From: Candidatus Shapirobacteria bacterium
GTDB taxonomy: Bacteria; Patescibacteriota; Microgenomatia; UBA12405
Length of the DNA: 64,000 nt
NCBI GenBank assembly: GCA_016188545.1
Contig: JACPHO010000001.1
Location: forward strand, 419,324-483,323
Reading direction: 5' to 3'
Below, one piece after another: positions 49,003 to 59,710 of the stretch. The translations under genes and the position numbers were made by a program. Every line of letters starts with the position of its first letter. The stretch's first letter is position 1. The notes under the pieces were generated by a model that was not told the DNA's origin, made no database searches, and saw only the letters and a program-made list of their open reading frames with translations.

Positions 49003-50157
49003 ATGAGTAAAATTTTTAGGATCGCTATCGATGTTTCACCTTTAAATGACGGCAACTCCAAAAGGGGGGTGGGTTTTTATACTCGCAACCTGGTTAGCTC
49101 TCTCAAAGAAGAAATTAAATTAAACCCCTTATATAAAAACTTCGAAATTGTTCTAATTGAAAATTGTAAATTCCTGCCTGCCGGCAGGCAGGGTAAAATT
49201 AAAAATTATGACCTGGTTCATTATCCCTATTTTGATCCGTTCTATCTCACTCTCCCCACCAAAAAAGATATCCCTCAAATAATCACCATTCATGACCTAA
49301 TACCCATCCAATTCAAGCAACATTTTCCCTCCGGCATAAGAGGGTTCCTTAAGTGGCAAATTCAAAAACATAAAGCTAAGCAGTCAGATTACATCATTAC
49401 AGTTTCAAATTATTCCAAATATGTCATCGCTGAAAGTCTAGGATTTGCTGCAGATAAAATATACGTGACTTACGAGGGAGCCACCCCTGATTTTAAGAAG
49501 ATCATAGATCACAAAAAGTTATCTCAAATCAAAAAAAAATATAAATTACCTGAAGAGTTTGTTTTTTACACTGGCGATATAAATTGGAATAAAAACATTC
49601 CCTCATTAGTTAAAGCATGCATCGACCTAAACTACCCATTGGTTATCGCCGGTAAACAGGCAATCGATATCGACAATCTCAAACTTGAAAAACCAAGTAT
49701 AGCTAGACCCATGGACTTATTTAGACACTTGTTAGATATTCCCAGTCCTCAGTTAAAACATTTAACAACCCTAAAAAAAATATTTCATAGTCCGCTGGTT
49801 TATAGATTAGGGTTTGTTGATAGTGAAGATTTACCTTTTCTATATAACTTAGCTACAATTTACTGCCAACCTTCATATGCAGAAGGCTTTGGACTTTGCC
49901 CACTGGAAGCTATGCAGTCCGGCACTCCAGTTGTTTACAGTTCTGATACCAGTCTCCCTGAGATCATGGGTGAAGCTGGTATATCATTTAATCCGTATAG
50001 TACTGATGGTCTGATCAGTTCACTCAAAAAACTCTGGATTGACAAAACCTTACAAGACCAACAAATTAAAATGGGTATTAATCGCTCCAAGTTTTTCTCC
50101 TGGAAACAAACAGCCAAGCAAACCTTAGCAGTTTATGACTTAGCTCTCAGTCGATGA
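49003..50157 (+). CDS. Glycosyltransferase family 4 (GT-B)
   Basis: EGFGLCPLEAMQSGTPVV motif. Start taken at the ATG at 49003, just after the upstream stop. Confidence 0.72.
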   Translation: MSKIFRIAIDVSPLNDGNSKRGVGFYTRNLVSSLKEEIKLNPLYKNFEIVLIENCKFLPAGRQGKIKNYDLVHYPYFDPFYLTLPTKKDIPQIITIHDLIPIQFKQHFPSGIRGFLKWQIQKHKAKQSDYIITVSNYSKYVIAESLGFAADKIYVTYEGATPDFKKIIDHKKLSQIKKKYKLPEEFVFYTGDINWNKNIPSLVKACIDLNYPLVIAGKQAIDIDNLKLEKPSIARPMDLFRHLLDIPSPQLKHLTTLKKIFHSPLVYRLGFVDSEDLPFLYNLATIYCQPSYAEGFGLCPLEAMQSGTPVVYSSDTSLPEIMGEAGISFNPYSTDGLISSLKKLWIDKTLQDQQIKMGINRSKFFSWKQTAKQTLAVYDLALSR

Positions 50158-50966
50158 AAAGCCAACTGCATTTTTTATCAGTAATTGTTCCGGTTTATAA
50201 ACAAGAAACTACCATCAGGAAAGACCTAACCACTATTCTCCGGACACTAGAACAGATTCGCTATCCTTTTGAGCTTATCGCTGTTATTGATGGCAAAAGT
50301 ATCGACAACTCATTCAAGATTGCCAGTTCTATCCATCACCCCAACCTAAAAGTCACCGGCTACAACCAGAACCACGGCAAAGGCTATGCTATCCGATATG
50401 GTTGGGCTCATACACACGGAGACTATGTCGCCTTTATCGACTCCGGTATGGAGATCGATCCAAACGGAATTTCTATGCTTCTTGAACACATGGAGTGGTA
50501 TGAAGCAGATATTGTAGTCGGCAGTAAATTTCATCCCGCCTCCCAAATAGCGTATCCATTCCATCGACGAATTATTAGTTTTGGTGCCCACCTAATCTCG
50601 CTTTTTCTTCTCCGCATCAACCTCCACGACACCCAGGCTGGAATCAAAATCTTCAAACAACAAGTGCTCAACAAAATACTCCCCAGGCTTTTAATCAAAA
50701 CTTTTGCCTTCGACCTGGAAGTGTTAGCTGTTTCTAAACATCTGGGTTTTACCCGAATCTACGAAGCACCTATCAAACTAAACTATGATTTTTCCGGAAC
50801 CCATCTTGATGGTTCTTTCCTAAAAACAGTCATGCTTTGTCTCAAAGATGCCCTAGCAGTCTTCTATCGACTATACATTATTCACTACTATGATGACAAA
50901 AACAGACGAAAGTGGGTTTACGACAAAGACTTAGAAATGAGAATCAACACCGGTGAATATGAATAA
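50154..50966 (+). CDS. GT2 polyprenyl-phosphate sugar synthase (DPM1/GtrB-like)
   Basis: LSVIVPVYKQE...VIDGKSIDNS...IDSGMEIDP...TQAGIKIFKQQV...FAFDLEVL. Confidence 0.72.
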   Translation: MKSQLHFLSVIVPVYKQETTIRKDLTTILRTLEQIRYPFELIAVIDGKSIDNSFKIASSIHHPNLKVTGYNQNHGKGYAIRYGWAHTHGDYVAFIDSGMEIDPNGISMLLEHMEWYEADIVVGSKFHPASQIAYPFHRRIISFGAHLISLFLLRINLHDTQAGIKIFKQQVLNKILPRLLIKTFAFDLEVLAVSKHLGFTRIYEAPIKLNYDFSGTHLDGSFLKTVMLCLKDALAVFYRLYIIHYYDDKNRRKWVYDKDLEMRINTGEYE

Positions 50967-51930
50967 ATCACCATTTTTTTCTATTATTATTCCAATACGA
51001 GTAGTTACCCCATATCTTCGGGAAACTATTGCCGCTCTCGAGCACCAAACTTTCAAGAATTTCGAATTGATTATTGTTGATGACAAAATGTCTGGAGTTG
51101 TCTCACCCGCAATCAAAAGGAATCTCGGCACCAAAAAGTCCCAAGGTTCTTACCTTGCTTTTATTGACGATGACTCCTATCCCGACCCAAATTGGTTAAA
51201 AAACATCCACCAGCAAATAAAAATCCATCCTGCCTACGCTGCTTACTGTGGTCCATGTCTAACCCCACCTGAAGATGATGTCTACCAAAAAGCATCTGGT
51301 TTAGTTTGGGCATCCTTTTTGGGCAGTGGGGGAGCCGGTGTCTATCGCAATACAATTAGTAAATCACAAGAAGTCGACGATTTTCCTTCAGTCAATCTAA
51401 TTGTCAAAAAAGCCGACTTCAACTTAGTCCACGGGTTCAATACTCACCACTGGCCAGGAGAAGATACTATTCTTTGCTTAGATCTAACCAAAAAATTACA
51501 TAAGGTCATCTACTATCACCCCTCAATCATTGTTTATCACCATCGTCGGCAAGTCATTATTCCACACCTCCAACAAATAACCAGATATGCCCTCCATCGT
51601 GGTAATTTTGCCCGAATCTACCCTGAGACAAGTTTTCGATTAGGGTATCTTACACCTAGTTTTTTTGCCGTCTATTGCCTACTAATCCCACTTTTCATAA
51701 ACAAACTATTCTACTTTACCTGGCCACTATATCTATATCTGGCTCTACTTTTCGTTACATTAGTAAAGTTCATTGCACAAAGAAACAATATCTACTCGTC
51801 AGCTTTAGCCGCCATCACCATTCCCATCACTCATCTCTATTATGGTTTATTATTTATTTGGGGTTTCTTTTCAGTAAAGTTATTATTCAAACCCCACCGT
51901 CTTTCTCAAGATCAATACCACGGAGGTTGA
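50953..51930 (+). CDS. Glycosyltransferase family 2 with C-terminal membrane anchor
   Basis: FSIIIPIRVVTPYLRETIAALEHQ...FIDDDS, followed by ~3 C-terminal TM helices. Confidence 0.68.
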   Translation: MNMNKSPFFSIIIPIRVVTPYLRETIAALEHQTFKNFELIIVDDKMSGVVSPAIKRNLGTKKSQGSYLAFIDDDSYPDPNWLKNIHQQIKIHPAYAAYCGPCLTPPEDDVYQKASGLVWASFLGSGGAGVYRNTISKSQEVDDFPSVNLIVKKADFNLVHGFNTHHWPGEDTILCLDLTKKLHKVIYYHPSIIVYHHRRQVIIPHLQQITRYALHRGNFARIYPETSFRLGYLTPSFFAVYCLLIPLFINKLFYFTWPLYLYLALLFVTLVKFIAQRNNIYSSALAAITIPITHLYYGLLFIWGFFSVKLLFKPHRLSQDQYHGG

Positions 51931-51961
51931 TTTTATACTCCTATAAATATAGTATTAGTTT

Positions 51962-53476
51962 ATGAAACATCCTTTCTCCATCGCCATTTCTTACCCACCA
52001 CTGGAGAGTTCAAAAGGAATTCCATTTTTAGCTCAAAACAGACAATTTCAGTGGACAAATACGGGCAATGTAATCCTGCCGGTTATCCCCGCATACGGAG
52101 CCTCCGCCTTACATCAATTAGGTTACAAAGTCTATTGGGACGACGCCATTGCTGAAAAAATTTCTTATCAAAAATGGTTAAGCCGCATTATCAAGTGGCG
52201 CCCGTCTCTAGTAGCCATCGAATCAAAAACTCCCACAATTAAGCGTCATTGGGCTATTATCAAAGATCTAAAATCTGCCGCTGCTAAGGACAAAAAGTGG
52301 AAACTAAAAGTAGTTCTTTTTGGTGATCACGTCACTGCTATGCCTGAAGAATCACTCAAAAACTCTCCCGTCGACTATGTCATTACTGGTGGCGACTATG
52401 ACTTCATGTTACTCAACCTAGTTGATCACTTAGTCAACAGCACCAAACTTGAACCCGGCTTCTACTATCGCTCTAACGCTCTAAAGTTCAAAAGTACTAT
52501 TATAAATACTGGTAAATTTGCCCTAAAACATCACAACCTAGATACACTTCCACCAATCAACCGGGAACTAACCAATTGGAAACTATACGGTAACGACAAC
52601 ACCAATTTTAAATATCATCCCGGCGCCTATCTCATGACCGGACGCGACTGTTGGTGGGGAAAATGCACTTTTTGTTCTTGGATCAGCATCTTCCCTGGCA
52701 ACAACTTTCGAAACTTCTCGGTCAAACACACGGTCGACGAAATCGAGTACATGGCTTCTCTTGGTATTCGTGAAATTTTTGATGACGCCGGCACACTCCC
52801 CATTGGCCCCTGGCTTCGAGACTTTTGCAACGAGATGATTAAAAGAGGACTCCACAAAAAGGTTGTTATAGGTTGTAATATGCGCTTTGGTGCCCTCAAC
52901 CAAGAACAATATGATCTGATGGGTAAAGCCGGATTCCGGTTTATCCTCTACGGTCTAGAATCCAGCAACCAAAAGACCCTCGATATGATTGTCAAAAATA
53001 CCAAAGTTGAAGACTCTCGCAAAACCCTAATCATGGCCAAAAAAGCTGGACTAGAACCCCACCTAACAATTATGATTGGCTACCCTTGGGAAACCAAAGA
53101 AGATGCCCAAAACACTCTAGAGGAAGCCCGTAGCTTATTCCGTGATGGTTTAGCCGACAGTATGCAGGCAACTATCGTTGTCCCATATCCTGGCACCCCT
53201 TTGTTCAAACAGTGTCAAGAAAACAATTGGCTAAAAACCGAAGATTGGGACGCCTACGACATGCGTCATCCTATTATGAAGTCACCCCTATCAGACAGTG
53301 AACAGCTTGAGCTTGTCCAGAGTCTCTTCCATGGTATTCTCACCCCACGTTTTCTAATTCGAAAAGTCCTCTCCATCCGCTCGCTTGACGACATTAAACA
53401 TCTTTTTACCTATGCCATCAAATACCTCAAAAAACTCCGCGATTTCCCCATCGCTTCCAAGCCAGCTACTCACTAA
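51962..53476 (+). CDS. B12-binding domain radical SAM protein (class B-like), non-canonical Cx4Cx2C cluster motif
   Basis: N-terminal Rossmann-like cobalamin-binding region, then TGRDCWWGKCTFCSW. C-terminal region is typical of B12-rSAM enzymes. Confidence 0.68.
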   Translation: MKHPFSIAISYPPLESSKGIPFLAQNRQFQWTNTGNVILPVIPAYGASALHQLGYKVYWDDAIAEKISYQKWLSRIIKWRPSLVAIESKTPTIKRHWAIIKDLKSAAAKDKKWKLKVVLFGDHVTAMPEESLKNSPVDYVITGGDYDFMLLNLVDHLVNSTKLEPGFYYRSNALKFKSTIINTGKFALKHHNLDTLPPINRELTNWKLYGNDNTNFKYHPGAYLMTGRDCWWGKCTFCSWISIFPGNNFRNFSVKHTVDEIEYMASLGIREIFDDAGTLPIGPWLRDFCNEMIKRGLHKKVVIGCNMRFGALNQEQYDLMGKAGFRFILYGLESSNQKTLDMIVKNTKVEDSRKTLIMAKKAGLEPHLTIMIGYPWETKEDAQNTLEEARSLFRDGLADSMQATIVVPYPGTPLFKQCQENNWLKTEDWDAYDMRHPIMKSPLSDSEQLELVQSLFHGILTPRFLIRKVLSIRSLDDIKHLFTYAIKYLKKLRDFPIASKPATH

Positions 53477-54182
53477 ATATCGCATCTACGGGTTTTACTG
53501 GACAATCAAATTAACCTTTCAGTTTTTGTATCGTAAACTATTTTTCGAACTACTTCGCCAATCTCACTCTCAATATGGCGAAGACTTGATTATCAGCGAA
53601 ATATTGAAAACCAAAGATATTTTTTATGTTGATATCGGAGCCAACCATCCTAAGAAATTCAACAATACCTATTTTTTCTATCGACACGGTAGTCATGGCA
53701 TAAACATTGAACCAAATCCATATTTGTTGCAACAATATTCAACCGTTCGCTCAGGCGACACCAATCTAAACATAGGCATATCTTCAAAACCAAGTGTCAT
53801 GAAATTCTATCAAATGTACCCCGATGTCAACTCCACTTTTTCAAAAAGTAAATATCTCCACAATCTTCAACACAATTCTTTGCTTGTTGATACGCCCAGT
53901 ATAGAAGTAACAACTCTATCACTGTTATTCGACAGTTATCTACCGCAAAGACAAACCATCGACTTATTATCAATCGATACCGAAGGCCACGATCTAACCG
54001 TTCTCAAAAGTAACAACTGGCAAAAATATTGTCCTAGACTAATTTGTGTTGAGACTCAGTCAGACCACTCATTACATAGTTATCTGCTAAAATTAGGCTA
54101 CAAACAAGTCCACAAGACCCCAATTAATAGCCTATATGTCCAAAAAAGTTATTCTCTTTTTTCCCTCCCCACTTCCCTATGA
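53385..54182 (+). CDS. FkbM-family SAM-dependent methyltransferase (overlaps the upstream gene end; true start uncertain)
   Basis: YVDIGANHPKKFNNTYFF...GINIEPNP matches the FkbM domain. The ORF overlaps 51962..53476 by ~90 nt, so the start may be a non-ATG codon further downstream. Confidence 0.6.
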   Translation: MTTLNIFLPMPSNTSKNSAISPSLPSQLLTKYRIYGFYWTIKLTFQFLYRKLFFELLRQSHSQYGEDLIISEILKTKDIFYVDIGANHPKKFNNTYFFYRHGSHGINIEPNPYLLQQYSTVRSGDTNLNIGISSKPSVMKFYQMYPDVNSTFSKSKYLHNLQHNSLLVDTPSIEVTTLSLLFDSYLPQRQTIDLLSIDTEGHDLTVLKSNNWQKYCPRLICVETQSDHSLHSYLLKLGYKQVHKTPINSLYVQKSYSLFSLPTSL

Positions 54183-55671
54183 AAGAAACTGGCACGGTGT
54201 ACCGCTTGCGCTGTTGGCCATATCCCGCTATCTAGTCAACGAAAATTACGATATTAAGATTTACACCCGTTACCTTCAAAAAAACTACGAACGGAAGCTC
54301 CTAAAATCTGGCAAAAATGCTATTTGTTTGGGAATTAGTGCCATGACTGGACATCAAATATACGACGGGTTGAGACTCGCCAAAAAATTTAAAAAAAAAT
54401 ACCCCAAAGTACCAATTGTTTGGGGTGGCTGGCACCCTTCAATTTTACCCCTTGAGACAATCAAAGACCATCGGGTCGATATTGTAGTCAAAGGACAGGG
54501 TGATATTACCTTCACCGAACTTGTACATGCTCTGGAATCCAAATCAGATCTAAAAAATGTAAAAGGAATTGTCTTCAAGAAAGGTAAAAAAATAATTGCC
54601 ACTCCAGACCGGAGACCAGTCGACCTTACCACGGTGCCGCCCCTTCCCTATCATCTTGTCGATGTTTCCCAGTGCACCATCCCGACTGAGTACGGTCTGC
54701 GAACCGCCCCCTACATTAGCAGTTATGGATGTCCTCATCGTTGTGCGTTTTGTGTCGAAGAGATCGTCAACAAACGTAGCTGGAAAGCCGTTCCTGCCGA
54801 AAAAGTCCTGAATGAATGGGAAGGTTTGTATCGCAATTATGGTGCCGATTCTATTGCTGTCTATGACAGCAACTTTTTTGTAGATGAAAACCGAGTCCGA
54901 GAGATTTGCGAAGGACTAATCCACCGCAATTTACCAATAAAATTTGGTAATGCCAACGGTCGGGCTGGTCAACTAAGTCGCTACAAACCAGAGACTTGGG
55001 AGCTCATGGAAAAGGCCGGGTGCACTATGATTCTCACTGGAGCTGAGTCAGGTGATCAAAAATCTCTCGACTTTATTAGTAAAGACATGAATGTAGAAGA
55101 GATCGTCAAGTTCACAGAACTATGTCACAAGCACAATATTAAAATCCTCTATTCATTTTTGGTTGGACTTCCTTGGTCAAAAGATCCCCAAGAAAATGAT
55201 GAGTTTGTGGCCACAGAGTACCGATCCACTCTTTCCCTTATCGACAGGTTGTTAAAAATATGTAATCGTAACCGGTATACTTATTACGTGTTTTTACCCT
55301 ATCCTGGCGCTGCTTTATACAACCGTGCCGTCGGTCTTGGACTAGAGGCTCCTAAAAGTTTTGAAGATTGGACCAACTACCTTATGTCCCCCGAAAATGC
55401 CTTCAAAGAAACCATTCGTCAACAGTGGATTAGTCCCCATGATGCAAGACTAACCGCAATGTTAACCCAATATATTTTTGGAATAATGGATCGTGACACC
55501 TACACCATGCTATACCCTAGACTTAAAAATCCTATTTCAAGAGCAGCCTTCACATCCGGATATTATATTGCTCTTGCCATGGTGACAGTTCGCTGGAAAC
55601 TCAAGTTTTTTGACTTCCCGTTAGATTATTGGCTGTTTTCTCTTGTACATCGCTATGGCGGCATCCTCTAA
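54136..55671 (+). CDS. B12-binding domain radical SAM protein (canonical CxxxCxxC)
   Basis: Cobalamin-binding-like N-domain (ISAMTGHQ...VWGGWHPS) and SSYGCPHRCAFCVEE. A9 tract at 54391-54399. Confidence 0.75.
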   Translation: MSKKVILFFPSPLPYERNWHGVPLALLAISRYLVNENYDIKIYTRYLQKNYERKLLKSGKNAICLGISAMTGHQIYDGLRLAKKFKKKYPKVPIVWGGWHPSILPLETIKDHRVDIVVKGQGDITFTELVHALESKSDLKNVKGIVFKKGKKIIATPDRRPVDLTTVPPLPYHLVDVSQCTIPTEYGLRTAPYISSYGCPHRCAFCVEEIVNKRSWKAVPAEKVLNEWEGLYRNYGADSIAVYDSNFFVDENRVREICEGLIHRNLPIKFGNANGRAGQLSRYKPETWELMEKAGCTMILTGAESGDQKSLDFISKDMNVEEIVKFTELCHKHNIKILYSFLVGLPWSKDPQENDEFVATEYRSTLSLIDRLLKICNRNRYTYYVFLPYPGAALYNRAVGLGLEAPKSFEDWTNYLMSPENAFKETIRQQWISPHDARLTAMLTQYIFGIMDRDTYTMLYPRLKNPISRAAFTSGYYIALAMVTVRWKLKFFDFPLDYWLFSLVHRYGGIL

Positions 55672-56686
55672 AACACCTTCTATTTCTTTCATCATTCCCA
55701 CCCTAAATTCTGGTGCAGTTTTGATTGATTGTCTTCAGTCAATTGTCGATCAAAAATATCCAAAAGATAAAATAACTATTTTAATAGTTGACGGCGGCTC
55801 ATCTGATTCCACACTTAAGATTGCCAAATTATATCGTACAATAATCATCAATAACCATCTAAAAACAGCGGAATCAGCCAAGTCATTAGGCATCAAGAAA
55901 TCAACAACAGACTTCATCGCCTTAATCGACTCGGATAATATTCTTCCCACCCCAACTTGGCTTGAATCAATGCTCTTACCCCTAACAACAGACCCCGCCA
56001 TTATTGGCTCAGAACCATGGAGCTACACTTATCGACCGGAAGGTGGATTTATAGAGCGATACAGTGCCCTTACTGGGGTCAACGACCCCTACACTTTAGT
56101 CGTCGGAAACTATGATCGTCAAAATGTCCTCACCGGCAAGTGGACCGGACTAAAACTAAATATCGTCGATCATCAATATTACCAAGCAATCCGGTTTAAA
56201 AGTAACTCATCACTTCCCACTATTGGTGCCAACGGCACTATTTACAAAACCATCATCGCTCAACAATATCTAAGCGGTGATTACTTTTTTGATATCGATT
56301 TCTTGTCCACAATTCTATCCAAAAAAAAATCACTTGAGTTTGCCAAGGTCAAGGTTGGAATTATCCACACCTACTGTGAGTCATCAATATCCAAATTTTA
56401 CAAAAAACAGTTACGTCGGGCAGTCGACTTGTATACCCACCAAAACGATCGAACCTACCCCCTAACCAAAAACAATTTCCTCCCCACAGTCATTTTCTGT
56501 CTTTACGTGGTTACCTTGCTTCCCATGACCATCGATACACTCAGAGGCTTTGTAATCAAGCCCGACATTGCTTGGTTCTTTCACCCACTGGCATGTGTTA
56601 TAACTCTATTCACTTACGGCACAACTACCATAAAGTATAAACTTGGTTCACTCAAGCCTCTTGATCGTAAACAATGGCATCAATAA
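55643..56686 (+). CDS. Glycosyltransferase family 2
   Basis: ISFIIPTLNSGAVLIDCLQSIVDQ...VDGGSSDST...LIDSDN. Confidence 0.7.
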   Translation: MYIAMAASSKTPSISFIIPTLNSGAVLIDCLQSIVDQKYPKDKITILIVDGGSSDSTLKIAKLYRTIIINNHLKTAESAKSLGIKKSTTDFIALIDSDNILPTPTWLESMLLPLTTDPAIIGSEPWSYTYRPEGGFIERYSALTGVNDPYTLVVGNYDRQNVLTGKWTGLKLNIVDHQYYQAIRFKSNSSLPTIGANGTIYKTIIAQQYLSGDYFFDIDFLSTILSKKKSLEFAKVKVGIIHTYCESSISKFYKKQLRRAVDLYTHQNDRTYPLTKNNFLPTVIFCLYVVTLLPMTIDTLRGFVIKPDIAWFFHPLACVITLFTYGTTTIKYKLGSLKPLDRKQWHQ

Positions 56687-57792
56687 AAACTATCCTCCAC
56701 ATCACTCCATTTTTCCACCCCAATATTGGAGGGGTCGAAACTCATCTAGACGACCTTACCTATGAACTACACAAAAGGGGATACAAACAGATTGTTCTTA
56801 CTTATTCACCACTATCAACCATTGTTCCCTATCAAAAATCAGAGTTGTCGACCAACTTACTCATTCATCGTTTTTACCTACCTGGTCACAATTTATTTCA
56901 TTCTCTCGAAAAATTTCCTCTATTAAATTTTTTATACATCACCCCTTGTTTACTTTTTCACTCCCTTATTTGGCTTTTGGTCAATCACCCTCACATCGAC
57001 ACCATCCATTCTCACGGTCTAAACTCCGCTCTAATCGGCAATATTATAAAAAAATTCCTGAGAATTCCCAAACATATCACCTCTATCTACTCTACCTATG
57101 ACAATGTTCCCTTAAATTCAACTACTACAAAATTATTTGTCCACATTCTCAACAATACCGACAAAGTTCTTACTCAGTCAGACCAATCAGTTATACAACT
57201 CAGAAATTTAGGAGTTATCAAAAATAAAATCGCCAGATATTATCATTGGATTGATATTACACGCTTTAAACCAATTCCAAAAAAATCATCCAAATTTTCT
57301 GTATTATTTATCGGTCGTCTAATTCCTCAAAAAAACTCCATAACTCTTGCCACATTAGCCCCAGAATTTACTCAGATAAGATTTGATTTTATCGGTACCG
57401 GTCCTGAATTAGAAAATCTCAAAACTTTAGCCAAAAAATATTCCAATATAAATTTAATTGGCGATGTTCCTTATAAAAACTTGCCACAGTTTTATCAACA
57501 AGCAACTGTTTTTTGTATGCCCTCTACCTATCACGAAGGCTGGGGTAGGGTACTTGCCGAATCAGTTGCCTGTGGCACCCCCGTGATTTGTTCAAACTTA
57601 GGCGGCACCACTGAAGCCGTCGACAGTTCTGTAGCAATTATAGTACCTCCCACTTCAGATCATTTCAAAAAATCCATCAAAAAACTATTTGAAAATCCGT
57701 CCCAACTCCGAAAACTTAGATACAATTGCCATACATACGCCAAAAAACACTATTCCTCAGATAATGTTACTTACATCACCCGACACTATTAA
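56674..57792 (+). CDS. Glycosyltransferase family 4 (GT-B)
   Basis: EGWGRVLAESVACGTPVI motif. N-terminal HITPFFHPNIGGVETH. Confidence 0.72.
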   Translation: MASIKTILHITPFFHPNIGGVETHLDDLTYELHKRGYKQIVLTYSPLSTIVPYQKSELSTNLLIHRFYLPGHNLFHSLEKFPLLNFLYITPCLLFHSLIWLLVNHPHIDTIHSHGLNSALIGNIIKKFLRIPKHITSIYSTYDNVPLNSTTTKLFVHILNNTDKVLTQSDQSVIQLRNLGVIKNKIARYYHWIDITRFKPIPKKSSKFSVLFIGRLIPQKNSITLATLAPEFTQIRFDFIGTGPELENLKTLAKKYSNINLIGDVPYKNLPQFYQQATVFCMPSTYHEGWGRVLAESVACGTPVICSNLGGTTEAVDSSVAIIVPPTSDHFKKSIKKLFENPSQLRKLRYNCHTYAKKHYSSDNVTYITRHY

Positions 57793-58412
57793 ACTTTGCT
57801 TGCCTCAATATACAAACCCAGCTCTTGGTGAATCGGTAAGTCAAGAATATCAACATCCTTCATCGAGCTTTTTCTGTATGCCGAATTTTTTATTTTAGTA
57901 AACCCAACTTTATTAATCAGTCGACTAAGGTTTTCAAAATCATACATCCATTGGTGACCTCTGATTGCCGATTTACCAAGACCCATGTTTTTGTCTTTAT
58001 CAAATCCATAAAACTCTCTACAAAAAACATCCGCGTCACCATTTTTTAAGTATTTATCCATTATCTTTTTTAGGTCTGGGACAACCAAACGAATTTTTCC
58101 ATTTTGTTTCAGTACCCGCAAACACTCTTTTAAGAGTTCCTCGGCTTCATATTTTTCAAGATGCTCTAAAAAATTTGAACTATAAATCCAATCAACACTA
58201 TTTGCCATTAAAGGAATTCCTTTTCGAAGATCATGTAATACTACTTCCCTCCAATCTCTTTGATAACTCTTGTCAAGAATACCCAACGACACCAATAATC
58301 TTCGTAATAGTGGAATCTTAGCCAAAAATGGCAACCATCCCCAGTCATAGTTAATCCACCCCTGTACCCCGTCTGGCCCCGAACCCAAGTTAATTCTCAC
58401 TTCCCCTTTCAT
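57789..58412 (-). CDS. Class I SAM-dependent methyltransferase (Methyltransf_11/23-like)
   Basis: LKQNGKIRLVVPD and an overall ~200 aa Rossmann-fold MT pattern. Confidence 0.55.
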   Translation of the reverse strand: MKGEVRINLGSGPDGVQGWINYDWGWLPFLAKIPLLRRLLVSLGILDKSYQRDWREVVLHDLRKGIPLMANSVDWIYSSNFLEHLEKYEAEELLKECLRVLKQNGKIRLVVPDLKKIMDKYLKNGDADVFCREFYGFDKDKNMGLGKSAIRGHQWMYDFENLSRLINKVGFTKIKNSAYRKSSMKDVDILDLPIHQELGLYIEASKV

Positions 58413-58431
58413 AGCTATATAATATCAGAGT

Positions 58432-59625
58432 ATGTCTCTTCCCAAGCTTCTCGTAGTCTGCCACACCAATTTGGGTACCAGCCTCAGCGGAGGAGACAGG
58501 ATTTTTCTAAAACTTATCAAATATTGGCAAAAGTATTTTGAAATAACCGCCCTAGCATCCCCAGAAGCCAAAAAACTTATTCAAAGAAATAAGTTGAATA
58601 TACATATCATCAGTACTACCCATGTCCCAACAATCACTAATTTATCGACTTTCCACTTAGTCCTACACCATACCATTAGATTCCTGACCGCGATTACTTT
58701 CTGTCTTACTCACCCTCCTCTTTTCCAAAAACACACCCACGTCTACACATCTTCTGATTTTTACGGTGACTTTACTTTCGGATTCTTATCCAAATTATTT
58801 AATGGCAAAATTACTTGGTATTGTGGTTACTATCTTTTAGCCCCATTTCCAACAGATACCAATTCTCCTTACCTCACCAACCACCATCCAATTCGTGGAC
58901 TTATCTACTACTTAGCCCAAAGACCAACCATTCTACTTGCTCGACTATTAGCAGATTATGTATTTGTCACTTCCAAACCAGATATTGTCCCATTTAAAAA
59001 TAACCGGTTACCTTCATCAAAAATTATTATCGTCCAGGGCGGTGTCTACATCCCTACCAGCAAAACTATCAAAACACTTCTACCCATTACCAAGAGGGCA
59101 TATGACGGATTTTACCTTGGTCGTCTCCACAACCAGAAAGGTGTTATGGAAATGATCGATATCTGGTCTTTAGTTACCAAAAAAATACCCGCAGCTCGTT
59201 TAGTCATCGTCGGTGACGGAGAGTTAATGTCCCAAATGACCCAGAAAATTGATGCATTAAAACTTCAAAAAAATATTAATGTCATCGGTTTTTTGGTTGG
59301 TCCCAAAAAATTTGCTCTCATCAAAAATAGTAAAATAGTTCTTCACCCTGCCACCTATGACAGTGGGGGAATGGCCGCAGCAGAAGCCATGGCATGGGGA
59401 CTTCCTGGTGTCTCTTTTGACCTCCCATCGCTAAAGACATACTATCCCAAAGGCATGGTCAAAGTACCACTTTCAGATCTAAACAAGTTTGCCAACTTAG
59501 TCGTCAAACTTTTGACAAATAAAGAGTTCTACAAAAAACATTCCCACGACGCCCGGGATCTAACTATTGAAAATTGGAACTGGAAAACCCGGTTTGACAA
59601 TATCTACAAAAAAATCTCAGTGTAA
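58432..59625 (+). CDS. Glycosyltransferase family 4 (GT-B)
   Basis: GGMAAAEAMAWGLPGV motif. GRLHNQKG. Confidence 0.7.
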   Translation: MSLPKLLVVCHTNLGTSLSGGDRIFLKLIKYWQKYFEITALASPEAKKLIQRNKLNIHIISTTHVPTITNLSTFHLVLHHTIRFLTAITFCLTHPPLFQKHTHVYTSSDFYGDFTFGFLSKLFNGKITWYCGYYLLAPFPTDTNSPYLTNHHPIRGLIYYLAQRPTILLARLLADYVFVTSKPDIVPFKNNRLPSSKIIIVQGGVYIPTSKTIKTLLPITKRAYDGFYLGRLHNQKGVMEMIDIWSLVTKKIPAARLVIVGDGELMSQMTQKIDALKLQKNINVIGFLVGPKKFALIKNSKIVLHPATYDSGGMAAAEAMAWGLPGVSFDLPSLKTYYPKGMVKVPLSDLNKFANLVVKLLTNKEFYKKHSHDARDLTIENWNWKTRFDNIYKKISV

Positions 59626-59710
59626 ATACACAGACTTAAAGATTATTTATCTAAAACGCTTATCTCTTACGCTCTAACGTTCTAATGATCTAAAGTTCTA
59701 TCTCGTTCTA

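Noticed and set aside
59626-59710. Convergent intergenic spacer between the GT4 (+) and rSAM (-) genes as a bidirectional terminator or ncRNA
   Set aside because: Only weak, short complementary segments (aacg...cgtt) are present, with no convincing hairpin or U-tract.
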